DNA of 41,486 bases from Candidatus Velthaea sp. (GTDB lineage Bacteria; Vulcanimicrobiota; Vulcanimicrobiia; Vulcanimicrobiales; Vulcanimicrobiaceae). Shown here in pieces: positions 9,782 through 19,113 of the stretch. The DNA lies in contig CBDCCS010000027.1 in assembly GCA_965214935.1 (NCBI GenBank), positions 1-41,486 of the forward strand. Reading direction: 5' to 3'. A model generated the notes under the pieces. The model saw nothing but the letters and a program-made list of their open reading frames with translations. It searched no databases and was not told where the DNA came from. Within the stretch, counting starts at the first letter, position 1; each line of letters begins with the position of its first letter. The translations under genes were made by a program, and so were the position numbers.

Positions 9782-11789
9782 CATCGCTTGCGCCGTCGTT
9801 ATAGCCGCCGTTGGTGCCGGCGCTCCGGCGCAAGCGCAGACCGCGCCGCGGACGGCGTTTTGGTTTGCCGGAACGCGCCTGATCTTCGATTCGCCCGTCG
9901 CGCTCAACGACGACGTCGCGGTCTCGATCCACGACAGCGGACTGCTGCGGTTGTTGGCTCGCGCCGGTGCAAGTCTCTCGTTTGCGCCGCAACAACGCTA
10001 CGTCGTCATTACCGCCGCCGATCGGCGCATCGTGAGCTTTACCGTCGGCGATCCGCATTACACGGCGGGCGGCATCACGGCACAAGCCGCGTTCGCACCG
10101 TTTTTCGACGGCGTCGACGTCATCGTGCCGTTGTATGCCATCGCGCGCGCGCTGTATATCGCGCCGACCGTCAGTGGAACGGAAACCGTGTTCGAGCCGC
10201 AGATCGGCACGCTCGATGTCCGCTCGGATGCAAACCGGACAATCGTAACGCTGCACGCTGCGACCCCGCTACGATATTCGACGTCGAGCGAAACGCCCGA
10301 ACGCATCGCGCTGACCTTCAGCGGCGTCGGCTCGGCGCTGGCGGCACGCCGGCGCATCGGCGGCGGCGTCGATGAGGTCGATGTTGCCGTTAGCGGCAAC
10401 CTCAAAAATCCGACCTCCACGGTAACGATCGTTGCGCCCAAAGGTGCGCAGCATCGCATCGTTACCGGCGTTTCAGCATACGATTTCAGCGTCGTGTTTG
10501 CGTCGGCCGGTGTCGCGTTGGATGCAACGCAAGGACTCGCTCAAACCGGCCAACAGATACAGCCACCGGGCGGAGGCGAGTACGATCCGCGGATGCCGAA
10601 CGGCACGCCCGGTGCCGAACCGGCACCTGTCAACGAGCCGACGCCCGGCTTGCAATCGGTTCCGCAAACGCCGGCGACTCCGCAAAGCGGTCCGGCAACG
10701 ATCACCGGGGTTGAGATCGAACCGCAGACCGGCGGCGGCGTCAGCGTGCGGCTCAGCATCGACGGAAGCGCGACCTACGATTGGCATCGCTTACGAGACG
10801 ATCGCTGGTATCTCGATATCGCCGATGCCCGGCTGACCGACGCCGGACACGACGAGCGTCCCAATACGCCCGTCGTCGATTCGGTTCGGGTGCGGCAAAT
10901 CGGAACTGCCGCAGCACCCGTCGTGCGCGTTGCGTTCAGTCTGCGCGGGCGGCGCCGGGTCGATGTTGCGCCCGCCGACGGTGCGCTGTCGATCGCGATC
11001 TCCGCCGAACCCGATGCCGATCTCGCGCGGACGGGGAACGGCCAAATCGGTTCCGGAACGGTCGCGCAGAGCAGCGCGGAATCACCGGCCGGACCGCCGG
11101 TCGCGCCGATCGCTCCGGCGCCGCAGGCCACGCCTTGGAAATTTGCCGCGCCGCCCAATTCGGCGATCAACCGGATCATCGTTATCGATCCGGGCCACGG
11201 CGGCGCCGACGCCGGCACGGCACATAACGGGCTGGTCGAGAAAAAACTGACCCTCGACATTGCCATGCGGTTGCGCGCGCTTTTGACGCAGGCCGGCTGG
11301 AGCGTCCGGATGACGCGCGAGACGGACGTCGACCCGTATTCAGCGCAGACTTTTGCGGCCTTTGCAACCGATGGCCGGCCGAACGCCAGCGATCGCGCGT
11401 ATCTGCAAACGCGCTGTGACGTTGCCAATGCGGTCAATGCTCGCATGTTCATTAGCATCCACATCAATTATGCCGAGGCGTCGAGCGTTCACGGCACGAC
11501 GTTTTATTATACAAAACCGCAAGACGTGCCGCTCGCGCAAGCGATCGAACGCGGGCTGATACCGGCCGCCGGAACGCAAGACGACGGTGTGGTAAAAAGT
11601 AATCTGTACGTAACAAAGCACACGACGATGCCGGCGGTTCTCATCGAAACGGGCTTCATCTCGAACCCCGGCGACGTACAATTGATGTCCGATGCCGGCT
11701 TTCTGCAGAACGTCGCCGCCGGAATCGCCGCCGGCGTAAAGGCGTATGCCGGTGCGATACCGGTGTATTCATCGAACGTCGACCAATAA
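9753..11789 (+). CDS. Secreted N-acetylmuramoyl-L-alanine amidase (Amidase_3) with AMIN-like N-terminal domains and Pro-rich linkers
   Basis: Signal peptide from ATG 9753 ending in AQA; Zn-ligand motifs IDPGHGG, EK, SIHIN, LIETGF. Confidence 0.93.
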   Translation: MNRLHARLFSIACAVVIAAVGAGAPAQAQTAPRTAFWFAGTRLIFDSPVALNDDVAVSIHDSGLLRLLARAGASLSFAPQQRYVVITAADRRIVSFTVGDPHYTAGGITAQAAFAPFFDGVDVIVPLYAIARALYIAPTVSGTETVFEPQIGTLDVRSDANRTIVTLHAATPLRYSTSSETPERIALTFSGVGSALAARRRIGGGVDEVDVAVSGNLKNPTSTVTIVAPKGAQHRIVTGVSAYDFSVVFASAGVALDATQGLAQTGQQIQPPGGGEYDPRMPNGTPGAEPAPVNEPTPGLQSVPQTPATPQSGPATITGVEIEPQTGGGVSVRLSIDGSATYDWHRLRDDRWYLDIADARLTDAGHDERPNTPVVDSVRVRQIGTAAAPVVRVAFSLRGRRRVDVAPADGALSIAISAEPDADLARTGNGQIGSGTVAQSSAESPAGPPVAPIAPAPQATPWKFAAPPNSAINRIIVIDPGHGGADAGTAHNGLVEKKLTLDIAMRLRALLTQAGWSVRMTRETDVDPYSAQTFAAFATDGRPNASDRAYLQTRCDVANAVNARMFISIHINYAEASSVHGTTFYYTKPQDVPLAQAIERGLIPAAGTQDDGVVKSNLYVTKHTTMPAVLIETGFISNPGDVQLMSDAGFLQNVAAGIAAGVKAYAGAIPVYSSNVDQ

Positions 11790-11795
11790 GCGTCG

Positions 11796-12581
11796 ATGTT
11801 CGGCTTATATGACTCCGGGTTAGGCGGGCTATCGGTTTTAGCCGCGTTGCGCCACGCCGGTCTCGATCAAGACGTCATGTATTTCGCCGATCAGGCCCAC
11901 GTACCGTACGGCGACCGGACGGACGACGACCTGTACGGCCTGCTGGCCGAGAATCTGAGACTGCTCGATGCGTACGCCGTCGACGCAATCGTGATGGCGT
12001 GCAATACATCGTGCGCGGTCGCGGCGCGCTTCGGCGGTTTTCCCCGGACGCACGCGCCGGTGCTCGATCTCATTGCAAACGCCGCCCAAGGTTTTCAAGC
12101 AACGAGGTTCCGCCGAATCGCCGTTGTTGCGACCGCCGCGACAGTACGCAGCGGCGCCTACGGCCGAGCGATACGAAAACAGGCGCCGGACCTTGACGTC
12201 ATCGAAATTGCCGCGCCGCTCTTGGTTCCGCTCGTCGAGGCCGGTCGTGCCGATTCGCCGGAGGCTCGGGCGGCGGTACGTGACGTGCATGCGCGGGCCG
12301 GCCGAGTCGACGCAATCGTGTACGGCTGTACGCACTATCCGTTGCTCGACGCACACTTTGCGGCGGCATTCGAGCCGAACGTGGCGCGCATCGATCCGGC
12401 ACGCGCGCAAGCCGCGGCGGCGCTGTCGTTCGTTACCGGACGGACGCTCGTGCCGGGTCGCAGCCGGACGACGTACCTTACCAACGGTGACCTCGCAACG
12501 TTCGAGATGAACGTGCGACGCTGGACCGGCGAGCAGTCGGGAAGATTCCTCTCCGCCGCGGCACTTTCGATTCAGCGCTGA
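11796..12581 (+). CDS. murI: Glutamate racemase
   Basis: DSGLGG, PYG, ACNT and GCTHYP (both catalytic Cys). Confidence 0.96.
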   Translation: MFGLYDSGLGGLSVLAALRHAGLDQDVMYFADQAHVPYGDRTDDDLYGLLAENLRLLDAYAVDAIVMACNTSCAVAARFGGFPRTHAPVLDLIANAAQGFQATRFRRIAVVATAATVRSGAYGRAIRKQAPDLDVIEIAAPLLVPLVEAGRADSPEARAAVRDVHARAGRVDAIVYGCTHYPLLDAHFAAAFEPNVARIDPARAQAAAALSFVTGRTLVPGRSRTTYLTNGDLATFEMNVRRWTGEQSGRFLSAAALSIQR

Positions 12582-12760
12582 CGGCAACGCCGCAGTTCCG
12601 CCGGCGGTCGGCGTTTTGCGGGCCGGGCGAACCCGTTTATCCGACGTCGCGCCGATCCGATGAGGCCGAACGGCTCGTTTGGCAAGACGCGGTTCAGCCG
12701 ATACGCTCGCTTGTGAATGTCGTGCAGCGCTATCCCGGACGCGGGGCGGGAACGTCGACG

Positions 12761-12997
12761 GTGCAATTGTCCGATAACCCGCCGGTTTCGCGCAGCGTAA
12801 TCGAAGCGTCGGCGATGACCGTTGTCGGTCTGCCGGTCGCAATCGTTACGGCAATGTGTGCGCACGACATCTTGCACTGCAATCTTACGGTCTGGCCGGC
12901 CGCCGGTATTTGCTTCTGTGCGGCCGCCGCTTCGAGAACGGCTGCGCTTTTCTACCGGCGGCATCACGAGCGCAGTGTCGCATCAAATATGAAATAA
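12761..12997 (+). CDS. Possible small two-helix membrane protein
   Basis: Fills the gap after murI; two hydrophobic stretches followed by YRRHHER. Start uncertain (GTG 12713 or 12761, TTG 12767). Confidence 0.4.
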   Translation: MQLSDNPPVSRSVIEASAMTVVGLPVAIVTAMCAHDILHCNLTVWPAAGICFCAAAASRTAALFYRRHHERSVASNMK

Positions 12998-13627
12998 GGC
13001 GAAGAAAACGACGGTCGACACGGCGCCGAGCGCGGTTCCGGCAATGACTTGACGCACGGTATGCGCGCGCAGATAAACGCGCGCCCAGCAGACGATCGGA
13101 ATTAAGATGAAGAAGGGCAACGGCTCGCGGCCGAACAGATAGAGCGAGGCGACCAGCGGTGCCGTGATGCCCAAGGCGTGCGTGGAGATCTTCCAATACA
13201 TGGTAATGATCTGAACGACAAGCGAACTTGCCGCGAGTGCCGCCATCGTGGCAGTCATGATCGCCGGCGCGTGAATGAGGGCTAGATCGCCTGTCCCGAG
13301 TGCGAAGAAAACGACGAAGGCGCCGAAAACTTTCTGGCGCTCGTGCCGAATCGACATATCGAGATCCGAGATGCGGTCCGTTGCATACAACGCGAAGATG
13401 TATAGCATCGGCCCGATTGATGTAAAAAATGCACTATTGAACAGCAGCATCCAAAAGTCGTTTGGATTGTGCGCTCTAACGCCGGCGAGGATGACGAACA
13501 GCGCAAGCGACGTCACAAACGGATTGCAGACCGTCGAAAAAATACGTGCAACGTCGGTCCAAACACGCGGCCGCACGCGTATCGGAAGCGGCGATGGAAC
13601 CGGCGTCGGATGTCCGGGGGCGTGCAC
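12983..13627 (-). CDS. PAP2-like multi-pass membrane protein (putative phosphoesterase)
   Basis: About 6 hydrophobic segments; KISTHA and ARVYLRAHTVRQVIAG resemble PAP2 C2/C3 motifs. Confidence 0.75.
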   Translation of the reverse strand: MHAPGHPTPVPSPLPIRVRPRVWTDVARIFSTVCNPFVTSLALFVILAGVRAHNPNDFWMLLFNSAFFTSIGPMLYIFALYATDRISDLDMSIRHERQKVFGAFVVFFALGTGDLALIHAPAIMTATMAALAASSLVVQIITMYWKISTHALGITAPLVASLYLFGREPLPFFILIPIVCWARVYLRAHTVRQVIAGTALGAVSTVVFFALFHI

Positions 13628-13704
13628 TGCAGCCTATTGGTCGGTCGAAGGTTGGCGGTCCTTGTTGAAACGGGCTCCAGCGCGACCTCGTCGAAGGAAA
13701 CGCG

Positions 13705-15591
13705 ATGATCTTAGAGACCATCGGCTCGAATGCCGACGTGCACGCTCTTTCTCGCCCCGATATCGATGTTCTCGCGAATGAGATTCGCGATGCGCTCATC
13801 CGTGTCTGCGCGGTGAACGGCGGTCATTTAGCGCCGAATCTCGGGGTTGTGGAATTAACGCTCGCACTGCATCGCGTACTCGACCTTCCGCACGATAAAA
13901 TTGTTTGGGATGTCAGCCATCAAGCCTACGTCCACAAGCTGCTCACCGGTCGCGCGAACCGGTTCGATACACTGCGTCAGGGCGGCGGCATCTCGGGCTT
14001 CTCGATGCGCAGCGAGTCGCCGTACGATGTCTTCGGCGCGGGACATGCGTCGACATCGATCTCGGCCGGCTTAGGGATGGCGATGGCGCGCGATCTTAAT
14101 TTAGGCGATGAGACGATCGTCGCTATTATCGGCGACGGCGCGCTAACCGGCGGCTTGGCCTACGAAGCAATTAACAACGCCGGTACGTTGAAGTCAAATT
14201 TCATCGTCATCCTCAACGACAACGAGATGTCGATCGCTCCCAATGTGGGCGCACTTGCATCGTATCTCGGCGTGTTGCGTTCGAAACCGATGTTCACGCG
14301 CGGACGCGAGATCACCAAAGATTTACTGGGCCATGTACCGTTCGGCGGAACCGCTCGGAAGGCGCTTTCAACGGCTGAAGTTGCCGCGATGCGATTCGTG
14401 AATCCCGATCAAAAAGCGGCGGTCATCTTCGAGGAAATGGGTTTCCGCTATTTAGGCCCCGTCGACGGACACGATTATGACCTGCTCGTCGACGTGCTCT
14501 CGAACGCGCGGAAGATCGCCGGACCCGTCTTGCTGCACGTGCGCACGACGAAGGGCAAAGGTTTCGCTCCGGCCGAGGTCGATGCGCGAACATTTCACGG
14601 CGTCGGACCCAACGTCTATTCTCGCGACGAAGGCCGGCTTGAAAAGAAAGCCGGGCGTCTCACCTTCGCCCAAGCATTCGCCGACGCACTCATCGACGTC
14701 GCGGAACGTGATAAGCGTGTTATCGGAATAACCGCCGCGATGCCCGACGGTACCGGTTTAGCGAAGTTCGCCAAAGCATTTCCCAACCGCTATTTCGATG
14801 TCGGCATCGCCGAAGCGCATGCAGTCTGTTTTGCAGCCGGAACGGCAACGAGCGGTTTACGCCCGGTTTGCGCGATCTACTCGACGTTTCTGCAGCGCGC
14901 GTACGATCAGATCGTGCATGACGTCGTGATTCAAGAACTGCCGGTCGTCTTCGCCATCGACCGGGCCGGTTTCGTCGGTGACGACGGTCCGACACACATG
15001 GGACTGTATGACATTGCCTACATGCGGACATTGCCCGGCATCACGATCATGGCGCCGCGCAACGAGCATGAAGTAGCGCCGATGCTGCAATTCGCCATCG
15101 GCTTGAACGCGCCGGTTGCCATTCGTTATCCGCGCGGCAGTACGAGCGGCAAGTACGATGAACCGGTTGCCCCGCTCGTCCTCGGTCGCGCCGAGGTCTT
15201 GCGACGCGGTTCGGGCGTTGCACTCCTCGCACTGGGCAATACCGTCGATGCTGCGCTCGAAGCGTACGACCTCGTTCCGGCCGGCACGCCGCGGCCGACG
15301 GTCGTCAACATGCGCTTCGTGAAACCGCTCGACGAAGCGCTGTTGATCGAGCTGGCTGAAACGCACGAGCGATTCATCACGCTCGAAGAGCATTCGCTGG
15401 CGGGTGGTTTCGGTTCGGCGGTTGCCGAGTGCGTTACCGATCGGGCGCTGGCGGTCAGCGTCGAACGCATCGGCGTACCGGGCGTGCTCGTTCAGCACAA
15501 TAAGCCGGAACGTCAGCGCGCGATGTTCGGCTTGTCGGCCGAGCACATTGCCGCGCGCATTCGCGTTCCCGCGCCAGCTTTATCCACGTAA
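13705..15591 (+). CDS. dxs: 1-deoxy-D-xylulose-5-phosphate synthase
   Basis: GGHLAPNLGVVELT, WDVSHQAY, GAGHASTS, GDGALTGG...NDN ThDP motif, DVGIAEAH, YSTFLQRAYDQ, DGPTH, IRYPRG. Confidence 0.98.
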   Translation: MILETIGSNADVHALSRPDIDVLANEIRDALIRVCAVNGGHLAPNLGVVELTLALHRVLDLPHDKIVWDVSHQAYVHKLLTGRANRFDTLRQGGGISGFSMRSESPYDVFGAGHASTSISAGLGMAMARDLNLGDETIVAIIGDGALTGGLAYEAINNAGTLKSNFIVILNDNEMSIAPNVGALASYLGVLRSKPMFTRGREITKDLLGHVPFGGTARKALSTAEVAAMRFVNPDQKAAVIFEEMGFRYLGPVDGHDYDLLVDVLSNARKIAGPVLLHVRTTKGKGFAPAEVDARTFHGVGPNVYSRDEGRLEKKAGRLTFAQAFADALIDVAERDKRVIGITAAMPDGTGLAKFAKAFPNRYFDVGIAEAHAVCFAAGTATSGLRPVCAIYSTFLQRAYDQIVHDVVIQELPVVFAIDRAGFVGDDGPTHMGLYDIAYMRTLPGITIMAPRNEHEVAPMLQFAIGLNAPVAIRYPRGSTSGKYDEPVAPLVLGRAEVLRRGSGVALLALGNTVDAALEAYDLVPAGTPRPTVVNMRFVKPLDEALLIELAETHERFITLEEHSLAGGFGSAVAECVTDRALAVSVERIGVPGVLVQHNKPERQRAMFGLSAEHIAARIRVPAPALST

Positions 15592-15621
15592 CACGCGGCC
15601 CAAGGAACGAGCCGGCCCTCG

Positions 15622-15630
15622 TGGTACAAT
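15622..15630 (+). promoter_or_regulatory. Extended -10 promoter (TGgTACAAT) for secG
   Basis: Near-consensus extended -10, 35 nt upstream of an ATG that has a GAGGAG RBS. Confidence 0.6.
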
Positions 15631-15665
15631 CCGCCCATTCGACCCCGTAGAGGAGTGCCTCAATA

Positions 15666-16055
15666 ATGTACGCGTTGATCGCCGCTACGGCAGCCGCCGT
15701 CGCGACCCCCGTTGCAAAAGCAACGGCCTTGACACTTTCGCCCGAGCAAATCAAGCAATTGCAGTCTTCGATGGCGACTGCCGCCGCTGCGGGGCCGAAA
15801 TCGCCGCTGGCGCTACATGCGGCTTGGTTGACCCACATGTTTGCCGGAGTATTCATCGTCTCGGCAGTCGTGCTCATCATTCTGCTCGCCATTCAGACGA
15901 CCAAACAAGAGGGTTTGAGCGGGACGATCGGCGGTCGCGTCGAGTCGGCGTACAAGGGCCGGGTCGGCATCGATAAGCAGTTGCAGCGCTTAACCGCCGG
16001 AGTCGCGATTACGTTCGTGCTGTTCGCCACGCTCGTTTCACTTAGCGGAATCTAG
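15666..16055 (+). CDS. secG: Preprotein translocase subunit SecG with N-terminal extension
   Basis: LIILLAIQTTKQEGLSGTIGG...GIDKQLQRLTAGVAITF: two TM helices around a Gly-rich loop, typical of SecG. Confidence 0.88.
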   Translation: MYALIAATAAAVATPVAKATALTLSPEQIKQLQSSMATAAAAGPKSPLALHAAWLTHMFAGVFIVSAVVLIILLAIQTTKQEGLSGTIGGRVESAYKGRVGIDKQLQRLTAGVAITFVLFATLVSLSGI

Positions 16056-16060
16056 TATCT

Positions 16061-17113
16061 TTGGCTCTGTTGGAGGTCAAGAACCTCAAGACGACCTTTC
16101 GCTCGGACGACGGGGTCGTCAATGCCGTAAACGGCCTGTCATATGCGGTCGAAGCGGGTTCGACACTCGGGATCGTCGGCGAATCCGGCTCGGGTAAATC
16201 GGTCAACGCGTTATCGGTGATGCGGCTCATTCCGCAACCGCCGGGCAAAATCGAACGCGGCGAGGTGCTCTTCAAGGGCGAAGACTTGTTGAAAAAGTCC
16301 GAAGCGCAGATGCGGAAAATTCGCGGTCGCGACATTGCTATGATCTTCCAAGATCCGATGACCTCGCTCAATCCCGTGCTGACCGTCGGCGAACAAATTA
16401 GCGAAGCGACGCGCTTGCATCTCGGACTTTCGAAAAAAGATGCATTCGACCGCGCCGTCGACATGCTCAAACTCGTGCGCATTCCCGCGCCCGAACGGCG
16501 CATCAAAGACTATCCGCATCAATTTTCAGGCGGTATGCGTCAGCGGGTGATGATCGCCATGGCGCTCTCGTGCGATCCGGCAGTCTTGATCGCGGACGAG
16601 CCGACGACCGCGCTCGACGTTACGGTGCAAGCGCAGATCATCGACCTCATGAACGAAATGCAGCAGCGGCTCGGGTCGGCGATCTTATTGATCACGCACG
16701 ATCTGGGCGTCGTCGCTGAGACGTGCAAAAACGTGCTGGTCATGTACGGCGGAAACATGGTCGAATATGGGACTGCCGCCCAGATTTTCGCCAGTCCGAA
16801 AATGCCGTACACGATGGGTTTGCTCGAGTCGCTGCCGCGGCTCGATGCTGCCGGCGACCGGCTCGTTCCGATCTACGGTCAACCGCCGAACTTGCTGCGG
16901 ATGCCGCCCGGCTGCGCGTTTGCACCGCGCTGTAAGTATAAGATGCCGATCTGCGACGAGCCCGTCCCGCTGCTTGATTTCGGGGCCGGTCACGTCGCGC
17001 GCTGCTATCTGTATGACGAAAGTGCCGACGGGCAAAAACCGCTGAGCGCACCGAACGTGCCGCGCGTTGCACTCGACGCGGTGGCACATACCCCGCAAGA
17101 ACTTTCCGCCTAA
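16061..17113 (+). CDS. Oligopeptide/dipeptide ABC transporter ATP-binding protein (OppD/DppD-like)
   Basis: [37 protein letters not shown]-terminal PYT...GCAFAPRC domain. Confidence 0.95.
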   Translation: MALLEVKNLKTTFRSDDGVVNAVNGLSYAVEAGSTLGIVGESGSGKSVNALSVMRLIPQPPGKIERGEVLFKGEDLLKKSEAQMRKIRGRDIAMIFQDPMTSLNPVLTVGEQISEATRLHLGLSKKDAFDRAVDMLKLVRIPAPERRIKDYPHQFSGGMRQRVMIAMALSCDPAVLIADEPTTALDVTVQAQIIDLMNEMQQRLGSAILLITHDLGVVAETCKNVLVMYGGNMVEYGTAAQIFASPKMPYTMGLLESLPRLDAAGDRLVPIYGQPPNLLRMPPGCAFAPRCKYKMPICDEPVPLLDFGAGHVARCYLYDESADGQKPLSAPNVPRVALDAVAHTPQELSA

Positions 17114-18174
17114 TGGCCGTCGAGTTCGATTCGCGCCGGACCGCGCCCGTGACCGAGAACCTGATCGTGGTCCGCAATCTCGTTAAATATTTTCCGATCC
17201 ACGCCGGCGTTTTCTCGCGCCACGTCGGCGATGTGAAAGCCGTTGACGGCATCGACTTTGAGATCCGTCGCGGTGAGACGCTGGGTCTGGTCGGCGAATC
17301 CGGATCGGGAAAGACGACGGCAGGCCGAGTCATCTTGCGGCTGGTGCCCGCGACGCACGGTGAAGTCGACTTCGAGGGCCGCGACATTCTTACGTTGCCG
17401 CGCAAAGAACTGCGCTCGCTGCGCAAGCAGATGCAGATCATCTTTCAAGACCCGTATGCGTCGCTCAATCCGCGCATGACCGTCGGCGACATCATTCGCG
17501 AACCGCTCGCCATTCATCACATTGCGCGCGGCAAAGCTGCCGATCAGCGCACGCAGGAACTGCTTGCAATGGTTGGTTTGCAGCCATATCATGCAAACCG
17601 CTATCCGCACGAGTTTTCCGGCGGGCAGCGTCAGCGGATCGGCATCGCCCGTGCGCTGGCGGTCGATCCCAAGTTCATCGTCGCCGACGAACCGGTATCG
17701 GCGCTCGATGTGTCGATTCAAGCGCAGGTCATCAACTTGCTTCAAGACTTGCAAAAGCAGCTCGGCTTAACGTATCTCTTTATCGCCCACGATCTTTCCG
17801 TCGTGCGACATATCTCGAGCCGGGTGGCGGTCATGTACGTCGGCAAAATCGTCGAGATCGCCGATCGTGACCGGCTCTACGATAATCCGCTTCATCCGTA
17901 CACCCAGGCGCTACTCTCGGCGATTCCCATTCCCGATCCGGCCGTTGACGCTCGCCGCCGGCGCATTATTCTCAGTGGTGACATTCCGTCGCCGGTTAAT
18001 CCGCCGTCCGGCTGCCGCTTTCACACGCGCTGCCCGGTTGCGTTCGACCGCTGCAAAACGGAGATTCCGGCGTTCAATGAATACGAACCGGGACATCGCG
18101 CAGCGTGTCACTGGGTCGAGGAACACGGCGGTAAAGCGCCCGATCTTACACGCGGTCCGGCGGTCGTCGCTTAA
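17113..18174 (+). CDS. Oligopeptide/dipeptide ABC transporter ATP-binding protein (OppF/DppF-like)
   Basis: [38 protein letters not shown]...[13 protein letters not shown] overlap with the upstream ATPase. Confidence 0.95.
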   Translation: MAVEFDSRRTAPVTENLIVVRNLVKYFPIHAGVFSRHVGDVKAVDGIDFEIRRGETLGLVGESGSGKTTAGRVILRLVPATHGEVDFEGRDILTLPRKELRSLRKQMQIIFQDPYASLNPRMTVGDIIREPLAIHHIARGKAADQRTQELLAMVGLQPYHANRYPHEFSGGQRQRIGIARALAVDPKFIVADEPVSALDVSIQAQVINLLQDLQKQLGLTYLFIAHDLSVVRHISSRVAVMYVGKIVEIADRDRLYDNPLHPYTQALLSAIPIPDPAVDARRRRIILSGDIPSPVNPPSGCRFHTRCPVAFDRCKTEIPAFNEYEPGHRAACHWVEEHGGKAPDLTRGPAVVA

Positions 18175-18197
18175 ACGCAACGCCCACAGATAAGATG

Positions 18198-18236
18198 AAA
18201 AAAAGAGCGATCGCCGATGACGATCGCTCTTTTCTT
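18198..18236. terminator. Bidirectional intrinsic terminator
   Basis: AAAAGAGCGATCG-ccgatga-CGATCGCTCTTTT with flanking A and T tracts, between convergent genes. Confidence 0.9.
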
Positions 18237-18248
18237 GGCGCTTACTGG

Positions 18249-18710
18249 TTACGAGGCTTTTTTGCGTCCGGCGGTTTTCTTACGCGTGCCCGTCGTCTTC
18301 TTTCGTCCGACTGCCGCCTTCTTACGTCCGCCGACTGCGGCTTTCTTGCGTCCGGGAGTTGCTTTCTTACGCGTTCCGGTCGTTGCTTTCTTACGAGCTC
18401 CGGTCGTCTTGCGCCCGACAGTCTTCTTGCGCGTCGTCGGTGCTTTCTTGCGTCCGGGGCCGGCTTTCTTGCGCGTGCCCGTCGTCTTCTTGCGTCCGGC
18501 GGTTGTCGCTTTCTTGCGCGTGCCCGTCGTTTTCTTGCGTCCGGCGGCGGCGGCTTTTTTGCGCGTTCCGGTGGCTTTCTTACGGGTACCGGCAGCAGCT
18601 GTTTTCTTGCGCGTGCCGGTCGCCTTGCGACGTGTCGACTTCTTTCGGCCGGTGGTTTCCGGCTCCGAATCCATCGATTCTTCGCCGTCGGTCGTTGTAT
18701 CCGATTCCAT
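18249..18710 (-). CDS. Histone H1-like / Hc2-like basic repeat protein with acidic N-terminus
   Basis: GAGGAGG RBS, own promoter and terminator; 153 aa made almost entirely of K, R, T, A and G after residue 20. Confidence 0.85.
   Translation of the reverse strand: MESDTTTDGEESMDSEPETTGRKKSTRRKATGTRKKTAAAGTRKKATGTRKKAAAAGRKKTTGTRKKATTAGRKKTTGTRKKAGPGRKKAPTTRKKTVGRKTTGARKKATTGTRKKATPGRKKAAVGGRKKAAVGRKKTTGTRKKTAGRKKAS
18252..18650 (-). repeat. Degenerate coding tandem repeat, (A/T)x-G(T)RKK units of about 7-9 aa
   Basis: 17 RKK and 2 RK units counted in the translation; seen on the + strand as recurring TTCTT(G/A)CG motifs. Confidence 0.9.
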
Positions 18711-18784
18711 TCGTCCTCCTCGTCTGCAGTGAGACGATCATGCGAATTGCGGATGCATCGATTCTCATCGACGCATTTAATCGC

Positions 18785-18813
18785 ATCGTACAAGGAATTG
18801 AAAAATAATGCAA
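18785..18813 (-). promoter_or_regulatory. Sigma70-type promoter for the histone-like gene
   Basis: Minus strand TTGCAT-N17-TACGAT with an AT-rich spacer, in otherwise GC-rich DNA. Confidence 0.75.
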
Positions 18814-19113
18814 CTGATCGGCGCGCAATGTTGTTCGTCGCGCGCCCGTTACGCGCGCACGAAATGATTCGGCGTTGCGGCTCGACAGATAACGTTGCGT
18901 TCGAACGCAGTCGAAGCCGGTTCGCGCCGCAACGCTGCGTAAGCGCAAGCAAAGCGGCAATGCCGGCGGCGTCGGCTGCGTTCGCGGCGTTCATTAATAA
19001 GCGCGCGCACGTGCCGAATTAAGGAACGAACGCCCGGCTTGCGGAGTACAAGCGATATCGGATACTTGACGGCCGAGAGTATACTGAAGGCGTTTACCGG
19101 GACAGGGGGAGCC

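Noticed and set aside
11838..12967. Minus-strand ORFs of 334 aa and 131 aa over and after murI
   Set aside because: Arg-rich antisense translations with no recognisable motif.
18252..18650. Repeat tract as a CRISPR array
   Set aside because: Units are short, degenerate and codon-phased, with no unique spacers and no cas genes.
18195..19022. Long ORFs overlapping the histone-like gene (275, 171, 250 and 149 aa)
   Set aside because: Shadow frames of a low-complexity repeat; only 18249-18710 has an RBS, promoter and terminator.
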